A stretch of 64,000 nt of DNA from Oceanispirochaeta sp. (GTDB lineage Bacteria > Spirochaetota > Spirochaetia > DSM-2461). The notes under the pieces were generated by a model. It was not told where the DNA came from. It searched no databases and saw only the letters and a program-made list of their open reading frames with translations. The DNA lies in NCBI GenBank assembly GCA_963666275.2, contig CAXXOA010000002.1, positions 1,248,001 to 1,312,000 of the forward strand, read 5' to 3'. The translations under genes and the position numbers were made by a program. Shown here piece after piece: positions 19,355 to 27,662 of this stretch; within the stretch, counting starts at the first letter, position 1; each line of letters opens with the position of its first letter.

Positions 19355-19392
19355 TATTTTAAAAACGCGTTTAAACTTATCCGGGAGTACTT

Positions 19393-20874
19393 ATGGACTA
19401 TATTCTGGCACTTGATCAGGGAACCACCAGTTCCCGGTCTCTTATAATGAATAGAAAAGGGGATATCTGCGCTTCCGCTCAGAGGGAATTCACACAGATT
19501 TATCCTCAGAACCAATGGGTGGAACATGACCCGGAGGAAATCTGGCAGTGTCAGAGTGATATGATTCATGAGGTCCTGGATAAGAGTGGGATCTCTCTGG
19601 AACAGATAAAAGGTATCGGGATTACCAACCAGAGAGAGACCACTGTTTTATGGGAAAGATCCACAGGACAGTCTGTGTATAACGCCATTGTCTGGCAGTG
19701 CCGCAGGACGGCCCCTCTCTGTGAGGAATTGATCCGTCAGGGAAAGAAGGAGCTGTTCCGTAAAAAAACAGGTCTCCCCGTGGATGCCTATTTTTCGGGA
19801 ACCAAAATTCGCTGGATTCTGGACAATGTGCCCGGGGCAAGAGAGAAGGCCGAAGCGGGGGAGTTGTGTTTCGGTACCATTGACTCCTGGCTTATCTGGA
19901 AGCTCACCGGAGGAAAGGTCCATGTCACGGATATGACCAATGCCAGCCGGACTCTTCTTTTCAATATTCATACTCTGGACTGGGATGAGGAACTTCTTGA
20001 TATTCTGGAAATTCCCCGCTCCCTTCTGCCCCGGGTCAGATCCTGCAGTGAAATCCTCGGATATACCTATGAGACGGATTGGGGATTTTCCGTCCCCATT
20101 GCCGGGGTCGCCGGGGACCAGCAGTCAGCACTGTTCGGTCAGATGTGTCTGAATATGGGAGATGTGAAAAACACCTATGGGACAGGCTGTTTCATGCTGA
20201 TGAATACGGGGGAGGCCCCTGTACTCTCGGATAATGGTCTGCTGACCACCATCGCCTGGCATCTCGGGGGCCGGACTGTCTATGCCCTGGAGGGAAGTAT
20301 TTTCATGGGTGGAGCCATCGTCCAGTGGCTGAGGGATAATCTCGGTATCATCGATTCGGCTCCTGAATGCGACCGCCTGGCGGAAGTCCTCAAAAGCAAC
20401 GACGGGGTCTATCTTGTTCCGGCCTTTCAGGGGCTGGGGACACCCTACTGGGAGATGACCGCCAAAGCGGAAATCACGGGCCTGACAAGAGCCTCCGGGA
20501 AAGAGCATATCTGCCGTGCGGCCCTGGAATCCATCGCCTACCGGTCAAAGGATGTGATGGATATCATGCAGAAGGATGCCGGCCTGACTTTAGGGGCTAT
20601 CAAAGTAGACGGCGGTGCCAGCCGGAGCGACGTACTTATGCAGTTTCAGAGCGATCTGTGCCGGACCGATGTGATCAGGCCTCTGAATATAGAAACCACA
20701 GCCATGGGGGCTGCCTATTTTGCAGGCCTTGCGGTGGGTTTCTGGGACTCACTGGATGAAATCAGAAGGATCTGGAAGGAAGACAGGGTTTTTACACCAT
20801 GTATGGATGAGAAAACCAGCTCCCGGTATTATCGGGGATGGCAGAGTGCCGTGAAAAAATGCCTGGAATTGTGA
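19393..20874 (+). CDS. glpK: Glycerol kinase
   Basis: DQGTTSSR, ITNQRETT, VWQCRRT, YFSGTK, TNASRT, GDQQ, KNTYGTGCF, YALEGS. Confidence 0.97.
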   Translation: MDYILALDQGTTSSRSLIMNRKGDICASAQREFTQIYPQNQWVEHDPEEIWQCQSDMIHEVLDKSGISLEQIKGIGITNQRETTVLWERSTGQSVYNAIVWQCRRTAPLCEELIRQGKKELFRKKTGLPVDAYFSGTKIRWILDNVPGAREKAEAGELCFGTIDSWLIWKLTGGKVHVTDMTNASRTLLFNIHTLDWDEELLDILEIPRSLLPRVRSCSEILGYTYETDWGFSVPIAGVAGDQQSALFGQMCLNMGDVKNTYGTGCFMLMNTGEAPVLSDNGLLTTIAWHLGGRTVYALEGSIFMGGAIVQWLRDNLGIIDSAPECDRLAEVLKSNDGVYLVPAFQGLGTPYWEMTAKAEITGLTRASGKEHICRAALESIAYRSKDVMDIMQKDAGLTLGAIKVDGGASRSDVLMQFQSDLCRTDVIRPLNIETTAMGAAYFAGLAVGFWDSLDEIRRIWKEDRVFTPCMDEKTSSRYYRGWQSAVKKCLEL

Positions 20875-20906
20875 AGTTTCAGGATATTCCGGATCCGGTA
20901 AAATCC

Positions 20907-21596
20907 CTAGGGCTGATTGTTTAATTCCGCCCGAACGGCCCGCCATCGGGGATAGAACCTGTCCATGAAACCTTTGAACCGGCCATTGTGGGAGGATTCC
21001 AGAAGGTGCACCATCTCGTGAACCACAAGGTACTCCAGGACATGGGGCGGCTTTTTCGCCATTTCAAGATTCACCCAGATTCGACGGGCCCTGTAGTTGC
21101 AGGTTCCCCAGCGGGTTTTCATTTTCTTCACACCTATCTCAGAAACCTGTACACCCATAAGAGGTTCGTATTTTTTTACATAGAGGGGTACCTCTTTCTT
21201 GAGGTAATCCCTGTAGAACCGATCAACCAGTCGTTTCCGGCTTGCCAGGTCTGCTCCCTCTCTGAGGTAGAGCTGCAGTGTTTTCTCTTTAAGAACCGCC
21301 CGGGCAGCGCCTCCTGCAGGATGGATCTCCAGTTTTACCTGTTCTCCCCGGAAGGGGTGTTCTTCCCCGTGGGTATACTCTTTTACAGCCTCTTCCCGGC
21401 GGGAACGGAACTTTTCCTGATGCCTGCGGATCCAGGATTCCCTTGTCTGAACAAAGTCACTGATCTCGCGCAGCGGCATATGCCGGGGAGCGGATATCCT
21501 GACAGATCCCCCGGGGGCGGACACTTTCAGGTGGAGGTTTTTTATCTTCTTCCGGGTCAATTCAATCTCAAAGCCGGCGATCCGTACTATTTCCAT
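20907..21596 (-). CDS. M48/YgjP (DUF45)-family zinc metallopeptidase-like protein
   Basis: RKKIKNLHL, MKTRWGTC, YLVVHEMVHL...HNGRF; start uncertain (21596 vs 21635). Confidence 0.88.
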   Translation of the reverse strand: MEIVRIAGFEIELTRKKIKNLHLKVSAPGGSVRISAPRHMPLREISDFVQTRESWIRRHQEKFRSRREEAVKEYTHGEEHPFRGEQVKLEIHPAGGAARAVLKEKTLQLYLREGADLASRKRLVDRFYRDYLKKEVPLYVKKYEPLMGVQVSEIGVKKMKTRWGTCNYRARRIWVNLEMAKKPPHVLEYLVVHEMVHLLESSHNGRFKGFMDRFYPRWRAVRAELNNQP

Positions 21597-21665
21597 AGGT
21601 CTGGAAATATTAATGGATGCTCCGGAAAGAGGCAATCATCAGACTGGACTGCTTCCCTATGCTGT

Positions 21666-22666
21666 TCAAATTCCTTCCCCCATATAGAAGGTTCCCTCCT
21701 GCAGGTTCAGGTATACGGTTTCACCTACCTTGAGATCCAGATTCCGGCCTTCATGCTGGGGGAGACTGACTTCAAGAACCTGGGAGTTGTCCTTTCTCTG
21801 AACTTCCACTTTCAGTTTTGATCCCAGCCAGCTCAGGTCCCTGATCACCGATTCCGCATCATTGGGCGCCCGATGCTCCCTGTGTATCAGGATTTCATGA
21901 GGCCGGGCGTATACGGTTTTATCTTCCTGACGGAGATGGAATACATTGACCGTATCCAGAAAGGAGTAGACAAATTCATTGGCCGGCTCCTCGTAGATTT
22001 CCCTTGGTGTTCCATCTGTTCTACATTCCCCTCGTTCATAAGGATTATCTGGTCAGCCACTTCCAGAGCCTCCTCCTGGTCGTGGGTTACCATGATGGTG
22101 GTCACAGGCATCCGGGAGTGGAGCTTTTTCAGCCATCGACGCAGGTCCTTCCTTACATTAGCATCCAGAGCGCCGAAAGGTTCATCCAGCAGAAGGAGGG
22201 AGGGTTTCACCGCCAGGGCTCTGGCCAGGGCCACCCGCTGTTTCTGTCCACCCGACAGCTGGTCGGGAAACTTTTTCTGCTGACCCTCCAGCTGGACAAG
22301 CCCCAGGAGTTCTTCCACCTGGGCTCTTATCTCCTGCTCGGGAAGCCGCTCTTTTTTCGGTTTCGATTTCAGTCCGAAGGCGACATTTTCATACACAGTC
22401 ATATGCCGGAAAAGGGCATAGTGCTGAAAAACAAAGCCTACCTTTCTCTCTTTGGGGTGCACCCCGTTCTGATCAACCCCTTCTATGAGGATCTTTCCCT
22501 CATTGGCCGTTTCCAGGCCTGCAATGGTTCTCAGCAGGGTAGTTTTTCCACATCCCGAAGGGCCCAGAAGGGCATATAATCCTCCGGATTTGAAATTGAT
22601 ATCTATACCATGGAGAACTTCTGTTTCTCCAAAAGATTTTTTCAGGTGACTGACATATACATCCAT
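21666..22666 (-). pseudogene. cysA: Sulfate/thiosulfate ABC transporter ATPase with a 1-nt frameshift (real lesion or sequencing error)
   Basis: Walker [31 protein letters not shown]. After VEQM the conserved (G)[18 protein letters not shown]...ARPHEI and the TOBE-like tail continue in another frame to the stop at 21666. One G is missing at about 22012. Confidence 0.88.
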
Positions 22667-23454
22667 TAGGCTAACTCCTTCCGGGTTTGAACAAACTTTT
22701 TAACTGTAAGGCTTATCAGAGCGAAGACAAAGAAATACGTGGCCGCTCCGTAAGATCTGACGGTCTGATATTCACTGAAATAGATCTGAACCTGAATCGG
22801 AAGTGTTACCGTTTTTCCTCTCAGCAGACCCGATACGACAGAGGCCGCTCCGTACTCTCCCGCCGCTCTGGCCGCGGACAGGATCAGGCCGTAGAAAAGG
22901 CCCCATTTTATTTTGGGCAGGGTTATGCGGAAAAACACCTTCCAGCCCCCCGCTCCCAGGAGAAGGCCGGCCTCTTCTTCATTGTGACCCTGCTCTTCCA
23001 GCAGAGGAATGATCTCTTTGGCCACATAGGGGAATGTCACAAACAGTGTGGCCAGAAAGAGACCGGGCCAGCTGAAAATGATAGCCACTCCCAGACTGTC
23101 GAAGAACCCTCCGATAGGGGAGTTCTTTCCGTAGGCGAGGATCAGCATCAGACCCGCCACAACCGGACTGATTGTCAGGGGCAGATCCAGGGCTGCTCTG
23201 AGAACTTTTTTTCCCGGAAAGGTAAAGTTGGCAAGAACCCAGGCCGCCGCCAGGCCGAATACCGCATTGACCGGCAGGGAGACGGCAATCAGGCTCAGGC
23301 TGAGCAGCAGGGCCTGTATTGTATCTCTGTGAAAGAGTCCTTCCGCCCAGGTGCCCACGCCTCTGCTGAAACCTCCTGTGAGGAGGGAAAACAGGGGGAA
23401 CACAATAAAAATCAGAATATAGGATACGGATATACCTATGAAAAGCTTTCTCAC
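22666..23454 (-). CDS. cysW: Sulfate ABC transporter permease
   Basis: [40 protein letters not shown]. Confidence 0.93.
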   Translation of the reverse strand: MRKLFIGISVSYILIFIVFPLFSLLTGGFSRGVGTWAEGLFHRDTIQALLLSLSLIAVSLPVNAVFGLAAAWVLANFTFPGKKVLRAALDLPLTISPVVAGLMLILAYGKNSPIGGFFDSLGVAIIFSWPGLFLATLFVTFPYVAKEIIPLLEEQGHNEEEAGLLLGAGGWKVFFRITLPKIKWGLFYGLILSAARAAGEYGAASVVSGLLRGKTVTLPIQVQIYFSEYQTVRSYGAATYFFVFALISLTVKKFVQTRKELA

Positions 23455-24284
23455 TGTCCGTTCCTCCTGTTGACTTTGCTCTGTATGAGGTTGAAAACAA
23501 CCAGAGTGACCAGGCTTACAGCCAGGATCACAAGGGAAAGCGCCGCCGCTCCTTCGGTGTCGTAGGTATCGATCTTGTTGTAGATCACCTGGGTGAGCAC
23601 TTCAGATTTGAACGGGAGGTTCCCTGCTATGAATATCACAGTACCGAATTCCCCGATTCCCCTGGCGAAGGCCATGATGAAACCGCTGAACAGACCGGGC
23701 AGCAGGGCCGGGAGAATCACATGGATAAAGGTTTTTACCCCGGAGACTCCCAGGAGCATACTGGCTTCCTCCTCCTGCCGGTCCAGTCCCTCAATCAGGG
23801 GCTGCAGGCTTCGAACCACAAAGGGCAGGCCCACAAAGGTCAGGGCTATGAATATACCTGTAGGGGAGTAGGACAGCTGGATATCAAACTTTCCCAGCAA
23901 TGTCCCCAGCAGGCTTTTGGCCCCGAAAAATGAGGCAAGGGCCACCCCACCTACCGCTCCGGGGATGGCAAAAGGCAGATCCAGTACACTGTCCAGCAGG
24001 GATTTCCCCGGGAAGTCGTACCGTACCAGGACCCATGCCGTGATCAGACCCAGAATTAGATTGAACAGCGCCGCCAGAGCGCTGATCCCTGCGGTTAAGC
24101 GGGTGGCATAGAGGGTCGCCGGCGTCAGAATCGTCCGGGTGATCCCCTGGAATCCCAGTTCAGATCCCTTGAAAACAAGGGCGGCCAGGGGAATAAGGAG
24201 GACTATGGATGCATGGATCAGAACAATAGTCAGACTGAGAGTTTTCCCCGGCAGTAAATGTGTCTCCTGTTTCTTTGCAGGCAT
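23451..24284 (-). CDS. cysT: Sulfate ABC transporter permease
   Basis: AWVLVRYDFPGK, DLPFAIP, LPFVVRSLQP, GEFGTVIFIAGNLPFKSE; ATG 24284 has a GGAGG SD. Confidence 0.93.
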   Translation of the reverse strand: MPAKKQETHLLPGKTLSLTIVLIHASIVLLIPLAALVFKGSELGFQGITRTILTPATLYATRLTAGISALAALFNLILGLITAWVLVRYDFPGKSLLDSVLDLPFAIPGAVGGVALASFFGAKSLLGTLLGKFDIQLSYSPTGIFIALTFVGLPFVVRSLQPLIEGLDRQEEEASMLLGVSGVKTFIHVILPALLPGLFSGFIMAFARGIGEFGTVIFIAGNLPFKSEVLTQVIYNKIDTYDTEGAAALSLVILAVSLVTLVVFNLIQSKVNRRNGQ

Positions 24285-24301
24285 AGTCTCCTCCTCAACT
24301 T

Positions 24302-25348
24302 CTACTGGTTGTTGCCCAGTTCTTCCTGAATCTGGTCGTAGCTGCCGCCCTGGGCAAAATGGACCTCTTTGGCTTTTGTCCATCCGCCGAAGACTTCATC
24401 TACATCAAACAGATCCAGTGTCGGCAGCTGGTCCGCATACTCTGCGGCCACCTTCTGATCGTAGGGGCGGTAATAGCTCTGGGCTATAATTCTCTGGCCC
24501 TCTTCGGTATAGAGAAAGTCCCAGTAGGCCCTGGCTGCTTCCAGATTGCCCTTTTCTGTGGCATTCCTTTCCACCACAACCACGTACATTTTGGCATCGA
24601 TGCCGTAGGAGGGAACCACCACTTCGAAATCTCCGTCACCCAGATCCCGGGCGATAAGGTTTACCTCGGACTCGAAGGTCAGAAGGACATCTCCCAGACC
24701 GTCCGAAACAAAGGCGTTGGTGGCAGCCCGGCCTCCTGCTGCCTGCAGAATGGTCTGACCCAGTACCTGTTTGACATACTCCCGGGCCAGATCCTGATCT
24801 CCCCCATTCTCTTTCAGTCCCCAGGCCCAGGCGGAAAGATAGCTGAACCGGCCGTTTCCTGTGGATTTGTAGTTGGGAGCCACGATCTCAATGTCCTCTC
24901 TGGTCAGATCCGACCAGTCCCGGATGTTCTTGGGATTCCCTTTTCTGACCACGAAAGCCATGGTGGAGGAGTAGGGGTTGGAGTTGTTGGGATACCGGGT
25001 GTACCAGTCCTCGGGAATCAGACTCCCCTTGGGATCGTCTTTTGTTTCCTGATAGAGCAGGTCAATGTCCAGAAACTGGTTCATGGAAACCAGATCAGCG
25101 GGAACTCCGTCCACTACAGACCGGGCCTGCCGGGAGGATCCCGCATGACTCTGTTCCACATGAACAGCTATGCCTGTCTTCTCTTCGTACCAGGGCTCAT
25201 ACGAGGCATTCTCATTTTTGAAAATCTCCCTGGCAATATCGTAGCTCACATGAAGGAGCTCCTTGTTCTGATCATCTGCTTTTTTGCTGCAGCTCATAAA
25301 CAGGGCCGCCGCTGCGAGTAATAGTAAGATGGAATTTCTTCGTTTCAT
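24302..25348 (-). CDS. sbp: Sulfate/thiosulfate-binding lipoprotein
   Basis: Lipobox FMSC; LLHVSYD, QSHAGSSRQA, RKGNPKNIRDW, GDVLLTFESE, VFGGW. Confidence 0.94.
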   Translation of the reverse strand: MKRRNSILLLLAAAALFMSCSKKADDQNKELLHVSYDIAREIFKNENASYEPWYEEKTGIAVHVEQSHAGSSRQARSVVDGVPADLVSMNQFLDIDLLYQETKDDPKGSLIPEDWYTRYPNNSNPYSSTMAFVVRKGNPKNIRDWSDLTREDIEIVAPNYKSTGNGRFSYLSAWAWGLKENGGDQDLAREYVKQVLGQTILQAAGGRAATNAFVSDGLGDVLLTFESEVNLIARDLGDGDFEVVVPSYGIDAKMYVVVVERNATEKGNLEAARAYWDFLYTEEGQRIIAQSYYRPYDQKVAAEYADQLPTLDLFDVDEVFGGWTKAKEVHFAQGGSYDQIQEELGNNQ

Positions 25349-25646
25349 TTTCGCCTCCTGTCTGCGAATGCTTATTAAATTACTAAGGAATATAGAGAAT
25401 ATCTGAATTAATGTAAAGTAATACGATCGAAATAGTAGTAATTAAAAGCCTTTTTTTGCATATATAAGTCTCTTCTGCCGTTTTAAGGCGGTTTTAGGGC
25501 CCTTTTAAGGTACAGCTATGAGGATTTATCCGCTTTTTCAGAGAAACAACAGATGGATTAAGACTTTTTAAAGGCAGCTTTTTAGAATCATTCAGGCGGA
25601 TCTCCCACGGAGACTATCCTCATCCGCAGGAAAACACATGGAGTTT

Positions 25647-27635
25647 TCAGCTGTAATAGGGCTGTAGAAGCTCAAAGATAGCCGCATCGTTTTCTTCCCA
25701 GTATTCCAGTGGGGTCTGTCCCGTTGTCTCCTCGGCGTCAAGGTCGGCACCCTGTTCGACAAGGAGGCGGATCATCTGTTTCTGCAGATCCTGAATCTCC
25801 CTGTCTTCAAGAGGTTTATCGTCCCGTTTGAAACCCCTTCCGTTTCCTATGAGATGGAGGACCGAGGCCTTTTCATTTGTCTGGGAAGGGTCCGCAAAAG
25901 TGGTATGAATATCGCTCCCCCGGTTTAGCAGCATTCTGGTACTTTCTACAGCCAGAGAGTCTATGCACTCATAGAGGAGCCAGTCGGAGATCTGTTTCCG
26001 GGTCTCCTCTTCAGGAAAGGGGTAATGATCCAGAAGATAGGCCAGGACCTCAGAGTGATCTTCCCGGAAGGTGAAAAGGAAAAGATCCCAGCCGTTCTGA
26101 TCCTTCGATTCCAGCGAGGCCCCTGCATTTACAAGCATATCCATCATTTCGGATGAGTCTGCGTACCGGGCCGCCGCCACCAGAGGATTGTGAGCCATAT
26201 TCCCTGTATTACCGGGCAGAGCTTTTCCTCTCCTGTTAAGAAGATCCTGTACCAGAGAGACATTCCCGTCGGAAACGGCTCTTTCCAGAACGGTCAGAAA
26301 GGGGCCTTCCTCCATCTCTTCCCAGGAGGCATAGGGGATCAGTGCTTCCTGAACCTCCGGGGAGCCGTACTTCAGAGCTGCCTTCAGGATCCCCGGTGTG
26401 ACAGTAAAATCCCTTTCCAGCAGAAAGGCCGTCCTCTCGAGATCTTCCATTAGAACCGCTTCTTCCAGAGGCGAGGAATCTTCATCATTTCCGGCTCCCC
26501 GGTCCAGCATTGCCTCCAGCAGGAAGAGGCTCCTCTGACGGGATACCGCCAGAGTCAGGGGAGATCTTCCGGTTCCGTTGCCCTGTATATCCGCCCCCTG
26601 ATCCAGCAGAAACAGAACCGCTCTGTCACTGCCGGATTTCAAAGCCAGGCTGAGGGGGGTGTCGCCGTTTTCGTCTGGAAAATCAATGATAATCCTCCCC
26701 TCTTTCAGCAAGCGCTGCATTTCGGAGATATTGCTCTCTTCCGCCGCCTTGTGGAGCGGGGTCTGTTCTATAGAGTTCAGTTCTATATCCCAGGCACCGT
26801 TCTGAAGGAACAGTTCCCGCATTTTTTCATGACCATATCTGTCCAGCAGCATGAGAGGAGTCCTTCCCCGTACCGTCAGAGGGTTTACATCGCAACCTCG
26901 GGCGATCAGCAGCTCTGCGATCTCTCTGTTTCCTTTTTCAGCCGCATAATGGAGAGGGGTCCAGCCGTTTACCCGGTTCGGGTCATTCCCATCCATTCCC
27001 GCCTCCAGAAGGGCAGGGACCAGGTCTGAGTACTGTTCCTGAATGGCCTTATGGAGAATATTCATACCATTGTCATTGAGAACCGTCAGGTCGGGTTTGT
27101 ATTCCAGGACTTTCAGAAAGGATGCGGGTTTATCCCAGAAAAGAGTATATTCCAGCGCCGTATTGCCGGCCCAGACATTCCCGTTGATATCGGCTCCCTT
27201 TTCAATCAGCAGACCGATCAGCTCAAGATGTTCTTCCAGCAGTGCTCCTTCCAGAGCCCACTGAAGGTTCAGGTTTTCAGCACCGTACTTTTCAAGAAGA
27301 CGCACAACCCTTTCCCGTTCCCCCTGGAGGGCGGCTTTATGAAGCTGATGGCTGCTGTTCCTCTCCCAGGAGAGCCAGCTGATTCCTGCGGAAGCCAGAA
27401 TAAAGATTAAGACTCCTGCGGGGGCTATAGAGAGTAGTACTTTAAACTTCCGGGCATTCTCTCCCAGTTTGGCAGCGCCAATCATACCCAGAGTCATTAC
27501 TCCCATTCCCAGGGTATAGACAATGGCTGCATCGCTGTCACCGGAGTGAAAGAGAGGGATAATCCTGACCAGGTAAAAGATCATCACCGCGATGACCCAA
27601 AGGACCAGGAAAAATTTTCTGTTTTCGTTTGTCAT
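25647..27635 (-). CDS. Membrane-anchored ankyrin-repeat protein
   Basis: Three N-terminal hydrophobic segments followed by many ANK repeats (GNTALEY, GWTPLHYAA, GRTPL, QTPLHKAA, GDTPLSLA, GQTPL). Confidence 0.9.
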   Translation of the reverse strand: MTNENRKFFLVLWVIAVMIFYLVRIIPLFHSGDSDAAIVYTLGMGVMTLGMIGAAKLGENARKFKVLLSIAPAGVLIFILASAGISWLSWERNSSHQLHKAALQGERERVVRLLEKYGAENLNLQWALEGALLEEHLELIGLLIEKGADINGNVWAGNTALEYTLFWDKPASFLKVLEYKPDLTVLNDNGMNILHKAIQEQYSDLVPALLEAGMDGNDPNRVNGWTPLHYAAEKGNREIAELLIARGCDVNPLTVRGRTPLMLLDRYGHEKMRELFLQNGAWDIELNSIEQTPLHKAAEESNISEMQRLLKEGRIIIDFPDENGDTPLSLALKSGSDRAVLFLLDQGADIQGNGTGRSPLTLAVSRQRSLFLLEAMLDRGAGNDEDSSPLEEAVLMEDLERTAFLLERDFTVTPGILKAALKYGSPEVQEALIPYASWEEMEEGPFLTVLERAVSDGNVSLVQDLLNRRGKALPGNTGNMAHNPLVAAARYADSSEMMDMLVNAGASLESKDQNGWDLFLFTFREDHSEVLAYLLDHYPFPEEETRKQISDWLLYECIDSLAVESTRMLLNRGSDIHTTFADPSQTNEKASVLHLIGNGRGFKRDDKPLEDREIQDLQKQMIRLLVEQGADLDAEETTGQTPLEYWEENDAAIFELLQPYYS

Positions 27636-27662
27636 GATTACTCCCGTTGTCTGTTATGTCTT

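Noticed and set aside
25349..25646. AT-rich sbp leader with AATTACTA...TAGTAATT inverted arms; possible Rrf2/CymR boxes or a SAM riboswitch
   Set aside because: No riboswitch consensus seen, and the arms are short and expected by chance in AT-rich DNA.
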